Shown: positions 12,350 to 25,101, counted from the first letter of the whole stretch. The stretch: DNA of 63,945 nucleotides, filler included, from Octopus bimaculoides (GCF_001194135.2; 7 parts of 5 records of this genome joined end to end with filler, not necessarily neighbours in it); one strand, 5' to 3'. Numbers and translations: made by a program. The notes: generated by a model not told the origin, from the sequence alone.

Positions 12350-12705
12350 TAGATTCTCCTGCGTTGATCAATGCATTGGGTGGCTGTCAGCTTCTTCCAT
12401 CAGATTTGGTCGTCTGCTACACTTACACATCTGTTACACATAATGCTGACTGTTCATTGTCTTACGGTCGGTCCTCTTGAAATGTCAGCCACCAAGCGGT
12501 CTTCTTCCTCTCCATTTTTAATCCCGCTGACAGGTGGTAACAAAGCCACGGCTGTTTTCGAGAATCAGTGATCGGTTACACGGAGAATGTGGCCAGCCAG
12601 TCGGGACTGGCGATGCTCTGATACAATACCTTGCCGTCACCGTGATCTCGCTCTTCTCAGAATCTCTTCATTTCTGACATGGTCCAACCAGTCAAATTGC
12701 ACCAT
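12350..12705 (-). mobile_element. RTE-type LINE 3' coding remnant
   Basis: WLDHVRNEEILRRAR and RLAGHILRV motifs, broken by stops. Confidence 0.75.
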
Positions 12706-12759
12706 CTGTCTGTTTGTCTGTTTGTCCGTTTGTCTGTCTGTCCGTTTGTCTGTCCATCC

Positions 12760-12824
<65 letters not shown>

Positions 12825-12862
12825 GCTATCTATCTATCTATCTATGTCTCTCTGTCTGTCTG
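12705..12862 (+). repeat. (TCTG)n/(TCTA)n microsatellite
   Basis: Direct inspection; it runs into an N-gap. Confidence 0.95.
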
Positions 12863-13686
12863 NNNNNNNNNNNNNNNNNNNNNNNNNNNNNNNNNNNNNN
12901 NNNNNNNNNNNNNNNNNNNNNNNNNNNNNNNNNNNNNNNNNNNNNNNNNNNNNNNNNNNNNNNNNNNNNNNNNNNNNNNNNNNNNNNNNNNNNNNNNNNN
13001 NNNNNNNNNNNNNNNNNNNNNNNNNNNNNNNNNNNNNNNNNNNNNNNNNNNNNNNNNNNNNNNNNNNNNNNNNNNNNNNNNNNNNNNNNNNNNNNNNNNN
13101 NNNNNNNNNNNNNNNNNNNNNNNNNNNNNNNNNNNNNNNNNNNNNNNNNNNNNNNNNNNNNNNNNNNNNNNNNNNNNNNNNNNNNNNNNNNNNNNNNNNN
13201 NNNNNNNNNNNNNNNNNNNNNNNNNNNNNNNNNNNNNNNNNNNNNNNNNNNNNNNNNNNNNNNNNNNNNNNNNNNNNNNNNNNNNNNNNNNNNNNNNNNN
13301 NNNNNNNNNNNNNNNNNNNNNNNNNNNNNNNNNNNNNNNNNNNNNNNNNNNNNNNNNNNNNNNNNNNNNNNNNNNNNNNNNNNNNNNNNNNNNNNNNNNN
13401 NNNNNNNNNNNNNNNNNNNNNNNNNNNNNNNNNNNNNNNNNNNNNNNNNNNNNNNNNNNNNNNNNNNNNNNNNNNNNNNNNNNNNNNNNNNNNNNNNNNN
13501 NNNNNNNNNNNNNNNNNNNNNNNNNNNNNNNNNNNNNNNNNNNNNNNNNNNNNNNNNNNNNNNNNNNNNNNNNNNNNNNNNNNNNNNNNNNNNNNNNNNN
13601 NNNNNNNNNNNNNNNNNNNNNNNNNNNNNNNNNNNNNNNNNNNNNNNNNNNNNNNNNNNNNNNNNNNNNNNNNNNNNNNNNNNNNN

Positions 13687-13978
13687 ACCTAAAGCTCCAC
13701 GAGGCTCCGACAGGGGATGGTGGAGAACCCTGCTGTACTCTTCCACCACAACTTTCTCTCACTCTTACTTCCTGTTTCTGTTGTGCCTGTATTTTCAAAG
13801 GGTCAGCCTTGTCACACTGTGTCACGCTGAATATCCCTGAGAACTACTTTAAGGGTACACGTATCTGTGGAGTGCTCAACCACTTGTACGTTAATTTCAC
13901 GAGCAGGCTGTTCCGTTGATCGGATCAACTGGAACCCTCGTCGTCGTAAGCGACGGAGTGCCAACAACAACAACAACA
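13687..13978 (+). mobile_element. SINE family C, 5' end lost in the gap
   Basis: Near-identical to 17913-18197; (CAA)n tail. Confidence 0.9.
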
Positions 13979-14196
13979 GGTAAAATACAAACAATATTCA
14001 ATAAGCTGTTAAAATACCACTTGCTATAAACAGACTTATCGCTCTAAAACCATCAATTGCTCACTAGTAAAATACACACGGCGATTGCAATAAACCTATC
14101 CGAAATAGGCTTACGTTTCACTTTTCTGTTCGTCGGACGGTTACATTCATTTTGTGATATTTTGGCAGCTTTACCAATAGCACATGACTCTCCGTT

Positions 14197-14494
14197 GTAG
14201 AGGCACATGACCCAGAGGTTAGAGCAGCGGACGTGCGGTCGAAGGATCGCGGGTTCGAATCACAGACCGGGCCATGCGTGCGCTTATGAGCGAAACACCT
14301 AAGCTCCGGCAGACGGTAATGGCGACCTTCTGCTGACTCTTTTGTCACAACTTTCTCTCACTCTCTCTCTCCCCCTGCATTTAGCAGCTCACCTGAAACG
14401 GACGGGCACCCCGTCCAGGCGGGGAACCTATACGTCAATGAAATCGGGAAACCAGTTCTTTAGCCAGGCATGGCTCGAAAAGGAACAAACAACA
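14197..14494 (+). mobile_element. SINE family C variant with a different 3' tail
   Basis: tRNA head and body match 17808-17995, then the sequence diverges. TSD-like ACTCT(C/A)CGTT at 14187-14196 and 14495-14504. Confidence 0.8.
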
Positions 14495-15433
14495 ACTCTA
14501 CGTTAGGTATTCGATTTGCATTTTTTCCCCTTTTGATTAACATNNNNNNNNNNNNNNNNNNNNNNNNNNNNNNNNNNNNNNNNNNNNNNNNNNNNNNNNN
14601 NNNNNNNNNNNNNNNNNNNNNNNNNNNNNNNNNNNNNNNNNNNNNNNNNNNNNNNNNNNNNNNNNNNNNNNNNNNNNNNNNNNNNNNNNNNNNNNNNNNN
14701 NNNNNNNNNNNNNNNNNNNNNNNNNNNNNNNNNNNNNNNNNNNNNNNNNNNNNNNNNNNNNNNNNNNNNNNNNNNNNNNNNNNNNNNNNNNNNNNNNNNN
14801 NNNNNNNNNNNNNNNNNNNNNNNNNNNNNNNNNNNNNNNNNNNNNNNNNNNNNNNNNNNNNNNNNNNNNNNNNNNNNNNNNNNNNNNNNNNNNNNNNNNN
14901 NNNNNNNNNNNNNNNNNNNNNNNNNNNNNNNNNNNNNNNNNNNNNNNNNNNNNNNNNNNNNNNNNNNNNNNNNNNNNNNNNNNNNNNNNNNNNNNNNNNN
15001 NNNNNNNNNNNNNNNNNNNNNNNNNNNNNNNNNNNNNNNNNNNNNNNNNNNNNNNNNNNNNNNNNNNNNNNNNNNNNNNNNNNNNNNNNNNNNNNNNNNN
15101 NNNNNNNNNNNNNNNNNNNNNNNNNNNNNNNNNNNNNNNNNNNNNNNNNNNNNNNNNNNNNNNNNNNNNNNNNNNNNNNNNNNNNNNNNNNNNNNNNNNN
15201 NNNNNNNNNNNNNNNNNNNNNNNNNNNNNNNNNNNNNNNNNNNNNNNNNNNNNNNNNNNNNNNNNNNNNNNNNNNNNNNNNNNNNNNNNNNNNNNNNNNN
15301 NNNNNNNNNNNNNNNNNNNNNNNNNNNNNNNNNNNNNNNNNNNNNNNNNNNNNNNNNNNNNNNNNNNNNNNNNNNNNNNNNNNNNNNNNNNNNNNNNNNN
15401 NNNNNNNNNNNNNNNNNNNNNNCTGTCTATCTA

Positions 15434-15483
<50 letters not shown>

Positions 15484-15497
15484 CATCTATCTATCTA

Positions 15498-15532
<35 letters not shown>

Positions 15533-15557
15533 ATCTATGTATCTATCTTGTATTCTA

Positions 15558-15838
<281 letters not shown>

Positions 15839-16079
15839 CCTATTACTCATCTATTATCAAGATTTTTCTGATTGTTTTTGGCACTTCCGTTGTTTTATTT
15901 GGCCGTTTTGTTGTGGCCGGTGTTGGACATTGTTCCTCTCAGCGAACTACTTACTAGTAGTAGTAATAGCAGTAGTTGTTACTGTTGTATTAGTGGAAAT
16001 AGTGGTAGAGGTGGTGGTAGTGACACTATCAACTGTTGATGTTGCTGTTTTGTTCTTGTTGTTCTTGTGTCTTGTTCTA

Positions 16080-16325
16080 ATCGCGACACTGTCGCCATTT
16101 GTTATAACTGACTGTCTCAAATGGAACTTCCGGTGAAAGCGATTAACCACGGAACGCTCCGCTTGACTTCACTTCCGGTTCAATGGCGTTTACATCAAAC
16201 AAAAAGACACTCAGATCGATAGCACAATATTGATTTCTTCGAAATCGATATTGTCTGGCAGCACCACCGTCAACACCATCAACCCCACCAGTAGCAACAG
16301 CACCGCCACCAGGGGGCTCCAGAGG
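16080..16325. promoter_or_regulatory. Housekeeping-type, possibly bidirectional promoter with a CTCF-like site
   Basis: ETS ACTTCCGG at 16126 and 16171; divergent YY1-like ATGGCG at 16093-16100 (-) and 16181-16188 (+). DRE-like ATCGATA at 16215 and 16244; GCCACCAGGGGGCTCC at 16305-16320. Minus-strand donor gtaagt at 15954. Confidence 0.55.
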
Positions 16326-16475
16326 TGTTAAAAATAGATGTTAGATCATCCTCGAATCGCAGCGGACGGTTTGGAATACTGGACACTTTGGATAATGTAT
16401 TCCAAGATACACTGTATCTGAACAAGAGATAAATAGAAAAAAAGAAACTGGAACGTTCTTCATCACAGATCATTC

Positions 16476-16738
16476 TGGATGCGGACTGACCTGGGGCTAA
16501 ACAACAACAACAACTATAGCCACTAATACTAACTCCTATACATTAGATAATGTAGTCCTAGATACACTATGCCTGAATAAAAGATGGGATGGTCACAGTT
16601 GGAACATCTTTGGTCATAGGTCTGTCTGGATCAGGACTGACCTGGGGCTAAAACTATAGCTATTAATACTAACTCCTATACTATACATTAGATAATGTAG
16701 TCCTAGATACACCATGCCTGAATAAAAGATGGGAGGGT
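16476..16738 (+). repeat. ~150-bp tandem duplication of a retroelement-tail-like unit
   Basis: ggactgacctggggctaa...cattagataatgtagtcctagatacac...gaataaaagatggga occurs twice. Confidence 0.85.
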
Positions 16739-16740
16739 CA

Positions 16741-16870
16741 TATTTTGTCGACCCCAGAATGATTGAAAGGCAGTCAAACTGGCGTAATTTGAACTCACAA
16801 CGTGAACGCGGAGGAAATGCCAGTAAACATTTTGTTCGGCTTCATAACGACGATGTCGGCTCATTGCCTT
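16741..16870 (-). mobile_element. SINE family B, degenerate
   Basis: gtcgaccccagaatgattgaaaggcagtc...atttgaactca. Confidence 0.65.
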
Positions 16871-16931
16871 AACAACACCAAGAACAAGAACAACACCAAC
16901 AATATCAGTTATGATAAAGTTGCCTGAGTTC

Positions 16932-17012
16932 GTCCCCCACCACCATCACTTGACAACCGATGTTGGTGTGTTTACGTCACCGTAACTTAGCGGTTCGGCA
17001 AAAGAACCATTA
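16932..17012 (+). mobile_element. SINE family A tail fragment
   Basis: cttgacaaccgatgttggtgtgtttacgtcaccgtaacttagcggttcggcaaaag matches 63070-63125. Confidence 0.8.
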
Positions 17013-17074
17013 TAAAGAGCCATTAAATATATATATATATATATANNNNNNNNNNNNNNNNNNNNNNNNNNNNN

Positions 17075-17235
17075 GTGAAAATTTACAAAAACAAAAGACG
17101 AAGACGGGTGTGTAAACAACAAACAGATGTATTAGTTTAAAGCTCGGGAAGTGAGAAAGTCTTTAACGTTTCGAGCCTACGCTCTTTGTCAGAAAGGAAC
17201 ACAGAAATAAACAGGGAGAGAAAATGAAAAAAAGG
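17075..17235 (-). mobile_element. Penelope-like terminal fragment with degenerate hammerhead motif
   Basis: The minus strand reads CUUU-CUGACAA-A-GAGC-GUAG-GCUC-GAAA-CG-UU-AAAG; homologous to 15-165. Confidence 0.6.
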
Positions 17236-17805
17236 TTTAGTGGCTGGCGATCTATCGCCATAACCAACGCAACACACACACATACACACGCATACACACG
17301 CGTACACACACAGACGTACATATACGCCCTAACAAACGCAACACACACAAGCATACACGAACACCTACTCACACATTTGCACACATGCACACTACCGTGA
17401 CAAACGTAATATAAATACACACATACACACATTCACACACACACATACATACACACGCAGCACCCAGACAAATATAACACACATACACACGCATACACAT
17501 GCATACACATGTGCACACATACACAGGCATACGCACATATACATGTACACACACGCATCACCCTGACAGCTGCAACACACACATACACACGCATACAGTC
17601 ACGCGTGCGCATACATGCACACATACGAAGACACACACGTACACACACACAGAAATAGAACACCCATATACACGCACACACGTACACACACGCACTTATA
17701 CACACACATAAACCCACTATTCGCATTTCGCAGAAAACACACACACATACATACACACGTACACGCAAATACGCACCATTCTTTTTCGGAGTCATATATG
17801 TAGAC

Positions 17806-18197
17806 CCCCGTGGAGGCGCAATGGCCCAGTGGTTAGGGCAGCGGACTCGCAGTCATAGGATTGCGGTTTCGATTCCCAGACTGGGCGTGGTGAGTGTTTA
17901 TTGAGCGAAAACACCTAAAGCTCCACGAGGCTCCGGCAGGGGATGGTGGCGAACCCTGCTGTACTCTTTCACCACAACTTTCTCTCACTCTTACTTCCTG
18001 TTTCTGTTGTGCCTGTAATTCAAAGGGTCAGCCTTGTCACACTGTGTCACGCTGAATATCCCCGAGAACTACGTTAAGGGTACACGTGTCTGTGGAGTGC
18101 TCAGCCACTTGCACGTTAATTTCACGAGCAGGCTGTTCCGTTGATCGGATCAACTGGAACCCTCGACGTCGTAAGCGACGGAGTGCCAACAAACAAC
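17806..18197 (+). mobile_element. Full-length SINE family C with TSD
   Basis: A box TGGCCCAGTGG, B box-like GTTTCGATTCC and a (CAA) tail. ATGTAGAC is duplicated at 17798-17805 and 18198-18205. Confidence 0.9.
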
Positions 18198-18317
18198 ATG
18201 TAGACTCCAAAATACCAGTCAAAACTACTGAACCCTAACAGAACCAGCTCTCCAAACAGGCCTTCCTTGGCTCAACAACAAATATTAGGAATCAGAACAA
18301 TCGTGAACTACGTTTTG

Positions 18318-18460
18318 ATCATGTGACTACCATCAACCACCCACATTGTTTTTAGGGAGAAAGCAATTCTAAACCACCTTTTTTTTAAAACAGAACCATC
18401 TATTGTATCACTTGACTGTCATCAACCAACCAGATTGCTTTTTAAAAAGAAAGCAATTTT
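18318..18460 (+). repeat. ~89-bp imperfect direct repeat (2 copies)
   Basis: atca(t/c)(g/t)tgact..catcaacca..ca.attg.tttt....gaaagcaatt occurs twice. Confidence 0.7.
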
Positions 18461-18499
18461 GTATAAAATCACAGTAACTCTTAAATTCCATCCAGATGC

Positions 18500-18895
18500 G
18501 AAACCCTGCCGCCAGATCCGAGAACTATAAATGGTCTGTTATTTCTCTATCTCACCTGTTTTCTTAATTTAAGATGCTGCAAACAATTCTGGTTTCTGAT
18601 CAGAGTGAGACTAAAACTTTAGCATCCAATGATTGACAAACCAGACACGTTTTATCTTCTTGTCGAAAGCTCTATTATTTGATTTTGTATACAACCGTGT
18701 AAAATAACATTTATCTTCTTACCATTGTAAAATATTGTATTACCTGATCCGAATGTTTTTATGTAAACTATCTCTGATTCTTCACAAACGGTACACAAAG
18801 CCTCCAAATTTTTCTTATCATTGGCAAACACTCTATCACTTGATTTGAATACATTTTTGTAAACTAATTTTTGACACCACAGAAGATACACAAAG
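18500..18895 (-). pseudogene. Coding-like relic, possibly a BEL/Pao aspartic peptidase (DUF1758-like)
   Basis: 79-aa ORF containing IVYIKTFGSG...KKINVIL, resembling the L.I.TFG......V.L motif. The catalytic DSG is not clearly present. Confidence 0.25.
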
Positions 18896-19215
18896 CCTTA
18901 CATTTTACTTTTGAAAATCTTTTTAAATAAGAGAAACCGGTTAAGTTAATAAATACCTTTAAAAGACTCCTACATTTTCAGATTCTATTCCATATATTTT
19001 TACTCGTGCAGTAACCCCCAACTTTACTTACTTCATACACACCAGCTCAATTCGATTCGTTCTCAGTCGAAAGACGTCTGTTGTTATTTCTTGTTTGTAT
19101 TCGTAATTGTGTACCATGTTCTCCTTTTTTTGTTTGTCTTTTTGTCTTTGTTGCCGTACACTTTCCTCTCTTTCCTGTTCTATCTATCTGTCTATCTACC
19201 ACTCCCTCCCTCCCA

Positions 19216-19295
<80 letters not shown>

Positions 19296-19349
19296 GTGTA
19301 TATATATATATATATATATACAAACTCTCATATATATATTCTTTTATTC

Positions 19350-19410
19350 TTCTACTTGTTTCAGTTATTTGACTACGGCCATGTTGGAGCACCGCCTTTA
19401 GTCGAGCAAT
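19350..19410 (-). mobile_element. SINE family A 3' end
   Basis: tacttgtttcagttatttgactacggccatgttggagcaccgcctttagtcgagc. Confidence 0.85.
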
Positions 19411-19984
19411 NNNNNNNNNNNNNNNNNNNNNNNNNNNNNNNNNNNNNNNNNNNNNNNNNNNNNNNNNNNNNNNNNNNNNNNNNNNNNNNNNNNNNNNNNN
19501 NNNNNNNNNNNNNNNNNNNNNNNNNNNNNNNNNNNNNNNNNNNNNNNNNNNNNNNNNNNNNNNNNNNNNNNNNNNNNNNNNNNNNNNNNNNNNNNNNNNN
19601 NNNNNNNNNNNNNNNNNNNNNNNNNNNNNNNNNNNNNNNNNNNNNNNNNNNNNNNNNNNNNNNNNNNNNNNNNNNNNNNNNNNNNNNNNNNNNNNNNNNN
19701 NNNNNNNNNNNNNNNNNNNNNNNNNNNNNNNNNNNNNNNNNNNNNNNNNNNNNNNNNNNNNNNNNNNNNNNNNNNNNNNNNNNNNNNNNNNNNNNNNNNN
19801 NNNNNNNNNNNNNNNNNNNNNNNNNNNNNNNNNNNNNNNNNNNNNNNNNNNNNNNNNNNNNNNNNNNNNNNNNNNNNNNNNNNNNNNNNNNNNNNNNNNN
19901 NNNNNNNNNNNNNNNNNNNNNNNNNNNNNNNNNNNNNNNNNNNNNNNNNNNNNNNNNNNNNNNNNNNNNNNNNNNNNNNNNNNN

Positions 19985-20025
<41 letters not shown>

Positions 20026-20789
20026 TACATATATACGTGTGTATAAAGTATATATATATAAATATATATAATAAATATATAAATATATATTTATAAACCT
20101 ATATATATATAAATATTCTAGCTACTTAGTACATTAACGTACGTATTTGCTTGCGTATATATATATGTGTGTGTGTTTACTTCCTGCTGGACGGGATGTG
20201 TAACCCGCCCCCATTCCGTGCGGACCCCCTCTCTCTGTAGTTACATAAAGACTGTACAAAGCACCATTGAGGATTATTCGTTGCGTGACATATTTTGTAT
20301 TAAAGCGTTTCAAAAATCCATAGCCGGACCAAAGGAAAGCGGTTTGCGGGTTTGGTCGGAGTGGTGCTCCATTTTGGAACGGCACCAAGCAAATATTGAC
20401 ATATTAAGTGCATACACGAAACAAATGTTTGTGTGTGTATATGCATATAATTATATATATATATGTATATATGTATGTGCGTGTGTATACATATATATAT
20501 ATGTGCCTATACGTATTCGCGTATATGTATATGTACGTATATTTGCATCTAGATATGTATGTATGTATGTATGTAAACATGTATGTAGGTATGTATTTAT
20601 GTGTGTAGATAGGTATGTATGTAGTATGTGCGTTCGTGTGTATGTTTGTTCTTCCTTGATTTTCTTGTAGAAATTTTTCACCAATGGAGACAATGGCTAG
20701 TTTCTCGCCTAGGAACGAAACTGCTTTGCTACAATTATGAATGCATGAAGCACCGTAGTCCTGTGTGTATATATATATATAGTTGGTTG

Positions 20790-20945
20790 ATCCACTACTC
20801 AGGAAGAGACTATTCTAGAGTACGTCCTGTCTGGTCTTCGAAACGTCTAGATAGAATAGAGACAGCTGATGAAGGGATATTCCAAGGGGCTTTCCGTTTT
20901 CCTATGTGTTCGTTCCGTTGTCTGTAGTTTATTGTTCTAACGTCC
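20790..20945 (+). mobile_element. Penelope-like terminal fragment with degenerate hammerhead motif
   Basis: CUA-CUCAGGA-AGAGAC...GUCUUC-GAAA-CG-UC-UAG followed by gacagCTGATGA; sits after (TA)n. Confidence 0.5.
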
Positions 20946-21394
20946 TGTACCCTGATATGCATGTATATACACATGTAGATGTAAGTATGTACATATATGT
21001 GTGTATACATGTATATATNNNNNNNNNNNNNNNNNNNNNNNNNNNNNNNNNNNNNNNNNNNNNNNNNNNNNNNNNNNNNNNNNNNNNNNNNNNNNNNNNN
21101 NNNNNNNNNNNNNNNNNNNNNNNNNNNNNNNNNNNNNNNNNNNNNNNNNNNNNNNNNNNNNNNNNNNNNNNNNNNNNNNNNNNNNNNNNNNNNNNNNNNN
21201 NNNNNNNNNNNNNNNNNNNNNNNNNNNNNNNNNNNNNNNNNNNNNNNNNNNNNNNNNNNNNNNNNNNNNNNNNNNNNNNNNNNNNNNNNNNNNNNNNNNN
21301 NNNNNNNNNNNNNNNNNNNNNNNNNNNNNNNNNNNNNNNNNNNNNNNNNNNNNNNNNNNNNNNNNNNNNNNNNNNNCGGTCCTTCCGCAGTACT

Positions 21395-21652
21395 TACATA
21401 TATGTATGTATATATATATATATATATGTGTGTATATGTGTACAAATCTACGTATATGTAAGCATGTATAATTGTGTATGTATTTGTATAAAACCATATA
21501 TATGCGTTATTAGGTTCTGTATGTAAGTACATATTTCTATATGTATGTGTGTGTATGTATAGATGTATGTATGCGTGTATGTGCGTTTATGTATGTTTAT
21601 TTATGTGTACATGTGTGTATGTGTATATATGTGTATGTGTGTGTGTGTGTAC

Positions 21653-21718
<66 letters not shown>

Positions 21719-22260
21719 ATATGTATATGCATGCATGCACACACACATATATATGGATATGTGTATGTATGTATATGGTGGTGTGTGTATGTATGTTTGT
21801 ATGTATGTGCATGCGTGTGTTTACGTATGTATACATGTATGTATATGTATATGCGAATCTGTTTATTTGATTAGGTAATAGGCGTAGATGTATAGCTATG
21901 TGTATGTGCATGAATCTATTTCTATTTATACATGTGTGTATATATAAATGGATACATATGTGTATATGGGGACATGCACACATATGTGTATATTTGTATA
22001 TGCGTGGGTACGTATGTGCATATGTATAAATGTGGACGTATGAGTGTGTATATATATGTATGTATATGTATATATATATATGTGTGTGTGTGTGTGTATA
22101 TATGTATATATATGTATACATATCTATATACAGGTGCACATGTGTATGTATGTGTATGTACATATATATATGTATAAGTGTGTGTGTGTATCAGTATGCA
22201 TGTAAATGTGTGTGTTTGTGTAGGTGTATTTATGTATGCATGTACGTTCTCACACATTTA
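21395..22260 (+). repeat. Long degenerate (TA)/(TG)/(TATG) low-complexity tract
   Basis: Direct inspection. Confidence 0.95.
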
Positions 22261-22400
22261 TAGGTATGTGTTGTCCAACCCACTATCCGGCAGCGTCCAA
22301 TTCTCTAACGGTTTTTTCAAATGAATCAAGTCATAAACTTATCCATCTATTGTTTTCATAATCGGTCATAATGTCTTACGTTTAAGATGATTCCCATGCT

Positions 22401-22484
22401 TTCCCTGAAGAGAAGGTTACAATTTTAATATCAAAGATCCCTATGGATCACACAGGTTGTAATCCTTTGAAACATATGTAGGAA
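22401..22484 (+). ncRNA. Type I hammerhead ribozyme candidate, nearly intact
   Basis: Stem I UUCC/GGAA and core CUGAAGA (22405-22411). Stem II GAAGGUUACAA/UUGUAAUCCUUU; GAAA at 22469-22472. Palindromic stem III ACAUAUGU and a GUA cleavage triplet. Confidence 0.7.
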
Positions 22485-22530
22485 TAAAATATACAATTAT
22501 AACATGCGTTTTCTCCAATCCTTAAATTCT

Positions 22531-22568
<38 letters not shown>

Positions 22569-23267
22569 CATATATATATATATACATACATATATNNNNN
22601 NNNNNNNNNNNNNNNNNNNNNNNNNNNNNNNNNNNNNNNNNNNNNNNNNNNNNNNNNNNNNNNNNNNNNNNNNNNNNNNNNNNNNNNNNNNNNNNNNNNN
22701 NNNNNNNNNNNNNNNNNNNNNNNNNNNNNNNNNNNNNNNNNNNNNNNNNNNNNNNNNNNNNNNNNNNNNNNNNNNNNNNNNNNNNNNNNNNNNNNNNNNN
22801 NNNNNNNNNNNNNNNNNNNNNNNNNNNNNNNNNNNNNNNNNNNNNNNNNNNNNNNNNNNNNNNNNNNNNNNNNNNNNNNNNNNNNNNNNNNNNNNNNNNN
22901 NNNNNNNNNNNNNNNNNNNNNNNNNNNNNNNNNNNNNNNNNNNNNNNNNNNNNNNNNNNNNNNNNNNNNNNNNNNNNNNNNNNNNNNNNNNNNNNNNNNN
23001 NNNNNNNNNNNNNNNNNNNNNNNNNNNNNNNNNNNNNNNNNNNNNNNNNNNNNNNNNNNNNNNNNNNNNNNNNNNNNNNNNNNNNNNNNNNNNNNNNNNN
23101 NNNNNNNNNNNNNNNNNNNNNNNNNNNNNNNNNNNNNNNNNNNNNNNNNNNNNNNNNNNNNNNNNNNNNNNNNNNNNNNNNNNNNNNNNNNNNNNNNNNN
23201 NNNNNNNNNNNNNNNNNNNNNNNNNNNNNNNNNNTATATATATATATATATATGTGACTCTTTTTAC

Positions 23268-23620
23268 TCTTTTACTTGTTTCAGTCATTTGACTGCGGCC
23301 ATGCTGGTGCACCGCCTTTATTCAAGCAAATCGACCGAAGGACTTATTCTTATTCCATCGATCTCTTTTGCCGAACCGCTAATTGACGGGGGAGTGAACG
23401 CACCAGCATCAGTCGTAAAGCGATAGTGGGGTAACAAACACACACACAAAAACAACCCCCATATATATGTATATATAAACGGCAGGCTTCTTTCAGTTTC
23501 AGTCTACCAAATCCAGTCACAAGGCTTCGGTCGGCCGGAGGCTATAGTAGAAGACACTTGCCAAAGGTGCCACGCAGTGGGACTGAACCCGGAACTATTT
23601 GGTTGGAAAGCAAGCTACTT
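23268..23620 (-). mobile_element. SINE family A, near full length, with internal (CA)/(TA) tract
   Basis: Tail 23268-23440, microsatellite ~23440-23478, head 23479-23620. Confidence 0.9.
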
Positions 23621-24105
23621 ATATATATAGTGAGTGTCTTTTCAGAACATTGTCTGGTTTAAAAGCCACATCAGACGCCATGATGGTTCTAAGGTGTAGA
23701 TTCAGGTGGTGGTCAACTCTGTTTAAGGAGTAGACAGCCACGATACATATCAGGTCGTTCTTACTGCGATATGTAACGATGTAACCCAGCAGAACCTGTG
23801 TCATGGTTAGTCCGTCAGTGTGCAGACCGTCCACTCCACCAAAGTTGTTTTTTTGAGGAGAGTAATTGTCGTTGGACATTAGGGTCAAGAGTTTTTTCTC
23901 GCGATTGTCGCTTTCGTGATTGGGGTCGTGCGTGAAAGTTGTGAATGGACATCAAAATAACTGGTGTAAAATCTCAGAACTCTCCGACAACGACTTCTGT
24001 CTCGCCGCCTTTAACAACAACAACACAAACAAAAGCAGCAACAACAACAATACATTTGTGGTTTGATTTGCTGAAAGTTGGCGTTTAGACTCGGAGTCTG
24101 TCGTC

Positions 24106-24133
24106 TGTCGTCTGTCGTCTGTCGTCTGTCGTC
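24106..24133 (+). repeat. (TCTGTCG)n heptamer repeat
   Basis: About four copies before the N-gap. Confidence 0.9.
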
Positions 24134-24406
24134 NNNNNNNNNNNNNNNNNNNNNNNNNNNNNNNNNNNNNNNNNNNNNNNNNNNNNNNNNNNNNNNNNNN
24201 NNNNNNNNNNNNNNNNNNNNNNNNNNNNNNNNNNNNNNNNNNNNNNNNNNNNNNNNNNNNNNNNNNNNNNNNNNNNNNNNNNNNNNNNNNNNNNNNNNNN
24301 NNNNNNNNNNNNNNNNNNNNNNNNNNNNNNNNNNNNNNNNNNNNNNNNNNNNNNNNNNNNNNNNNNNNNNNNNNNNNNNNNNNNNNNNNNNNNNNNNNNN
24401 NNNNNN

Positions 24407-24457
<51 letters not shown>

Positions 24458-24871
24458 GAAAGAGAGAGAGAAAGAGAGAGAGGAGGGACAGGGTGGGTGA
24501 GAAAGAGAGAGAGATAATGAGAGAGAGAGAAAGTCAGCCAAATAAATACATATTGTTAGACAAACTGACAGATACAGGCAGATTGATAGATAGACAGACA
24601 GACAGTTAGTTAAAAAGATAGATAGATAGAATGATAGACAGATTGATAGGCAGACAGACAACGCGATGGACGGACTAATAGATAAATAGATATATAGGTA
24701 GGTAGATAGATAGATAGATAGATAGATACATAGACAGATTGATAGATAGCCAAACATACATAAAGATAGATAGACTAATAAATAAATAGACAGATAAGAA
24801 GATAGACAGAGTGATAGATGGCCAGACAGCTCGATGGATAGACCAATAGATGAATAGATAGATAGATAGAC

Positions 24872-24947
<76 letters not shown>

Positions 24948-25042
24948 GTCTATGAATATTTGTCTCTCTGTCAATGTATGTATCTATTTGGCAGTTTTCC
25001 TACCCGTTTGTTTCTGTCTGTCTACCTGCCTGTCTACCTATA

Positions 25043-25101
<59 letters not shown>

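Noticed and set aside
17806-17885. tRNA-like sequences (also 14197, 26040, 35600, 61518)
   Set aside because: They are SINE heads: no complete cloverleaf, and they continue into SINE bodies.
20180-20390. GC-richer segment with a faint Tc1-like FQNGAP/LW..GFLK pattern
   Set aside because: The similarity is too weak and no TIR was found.
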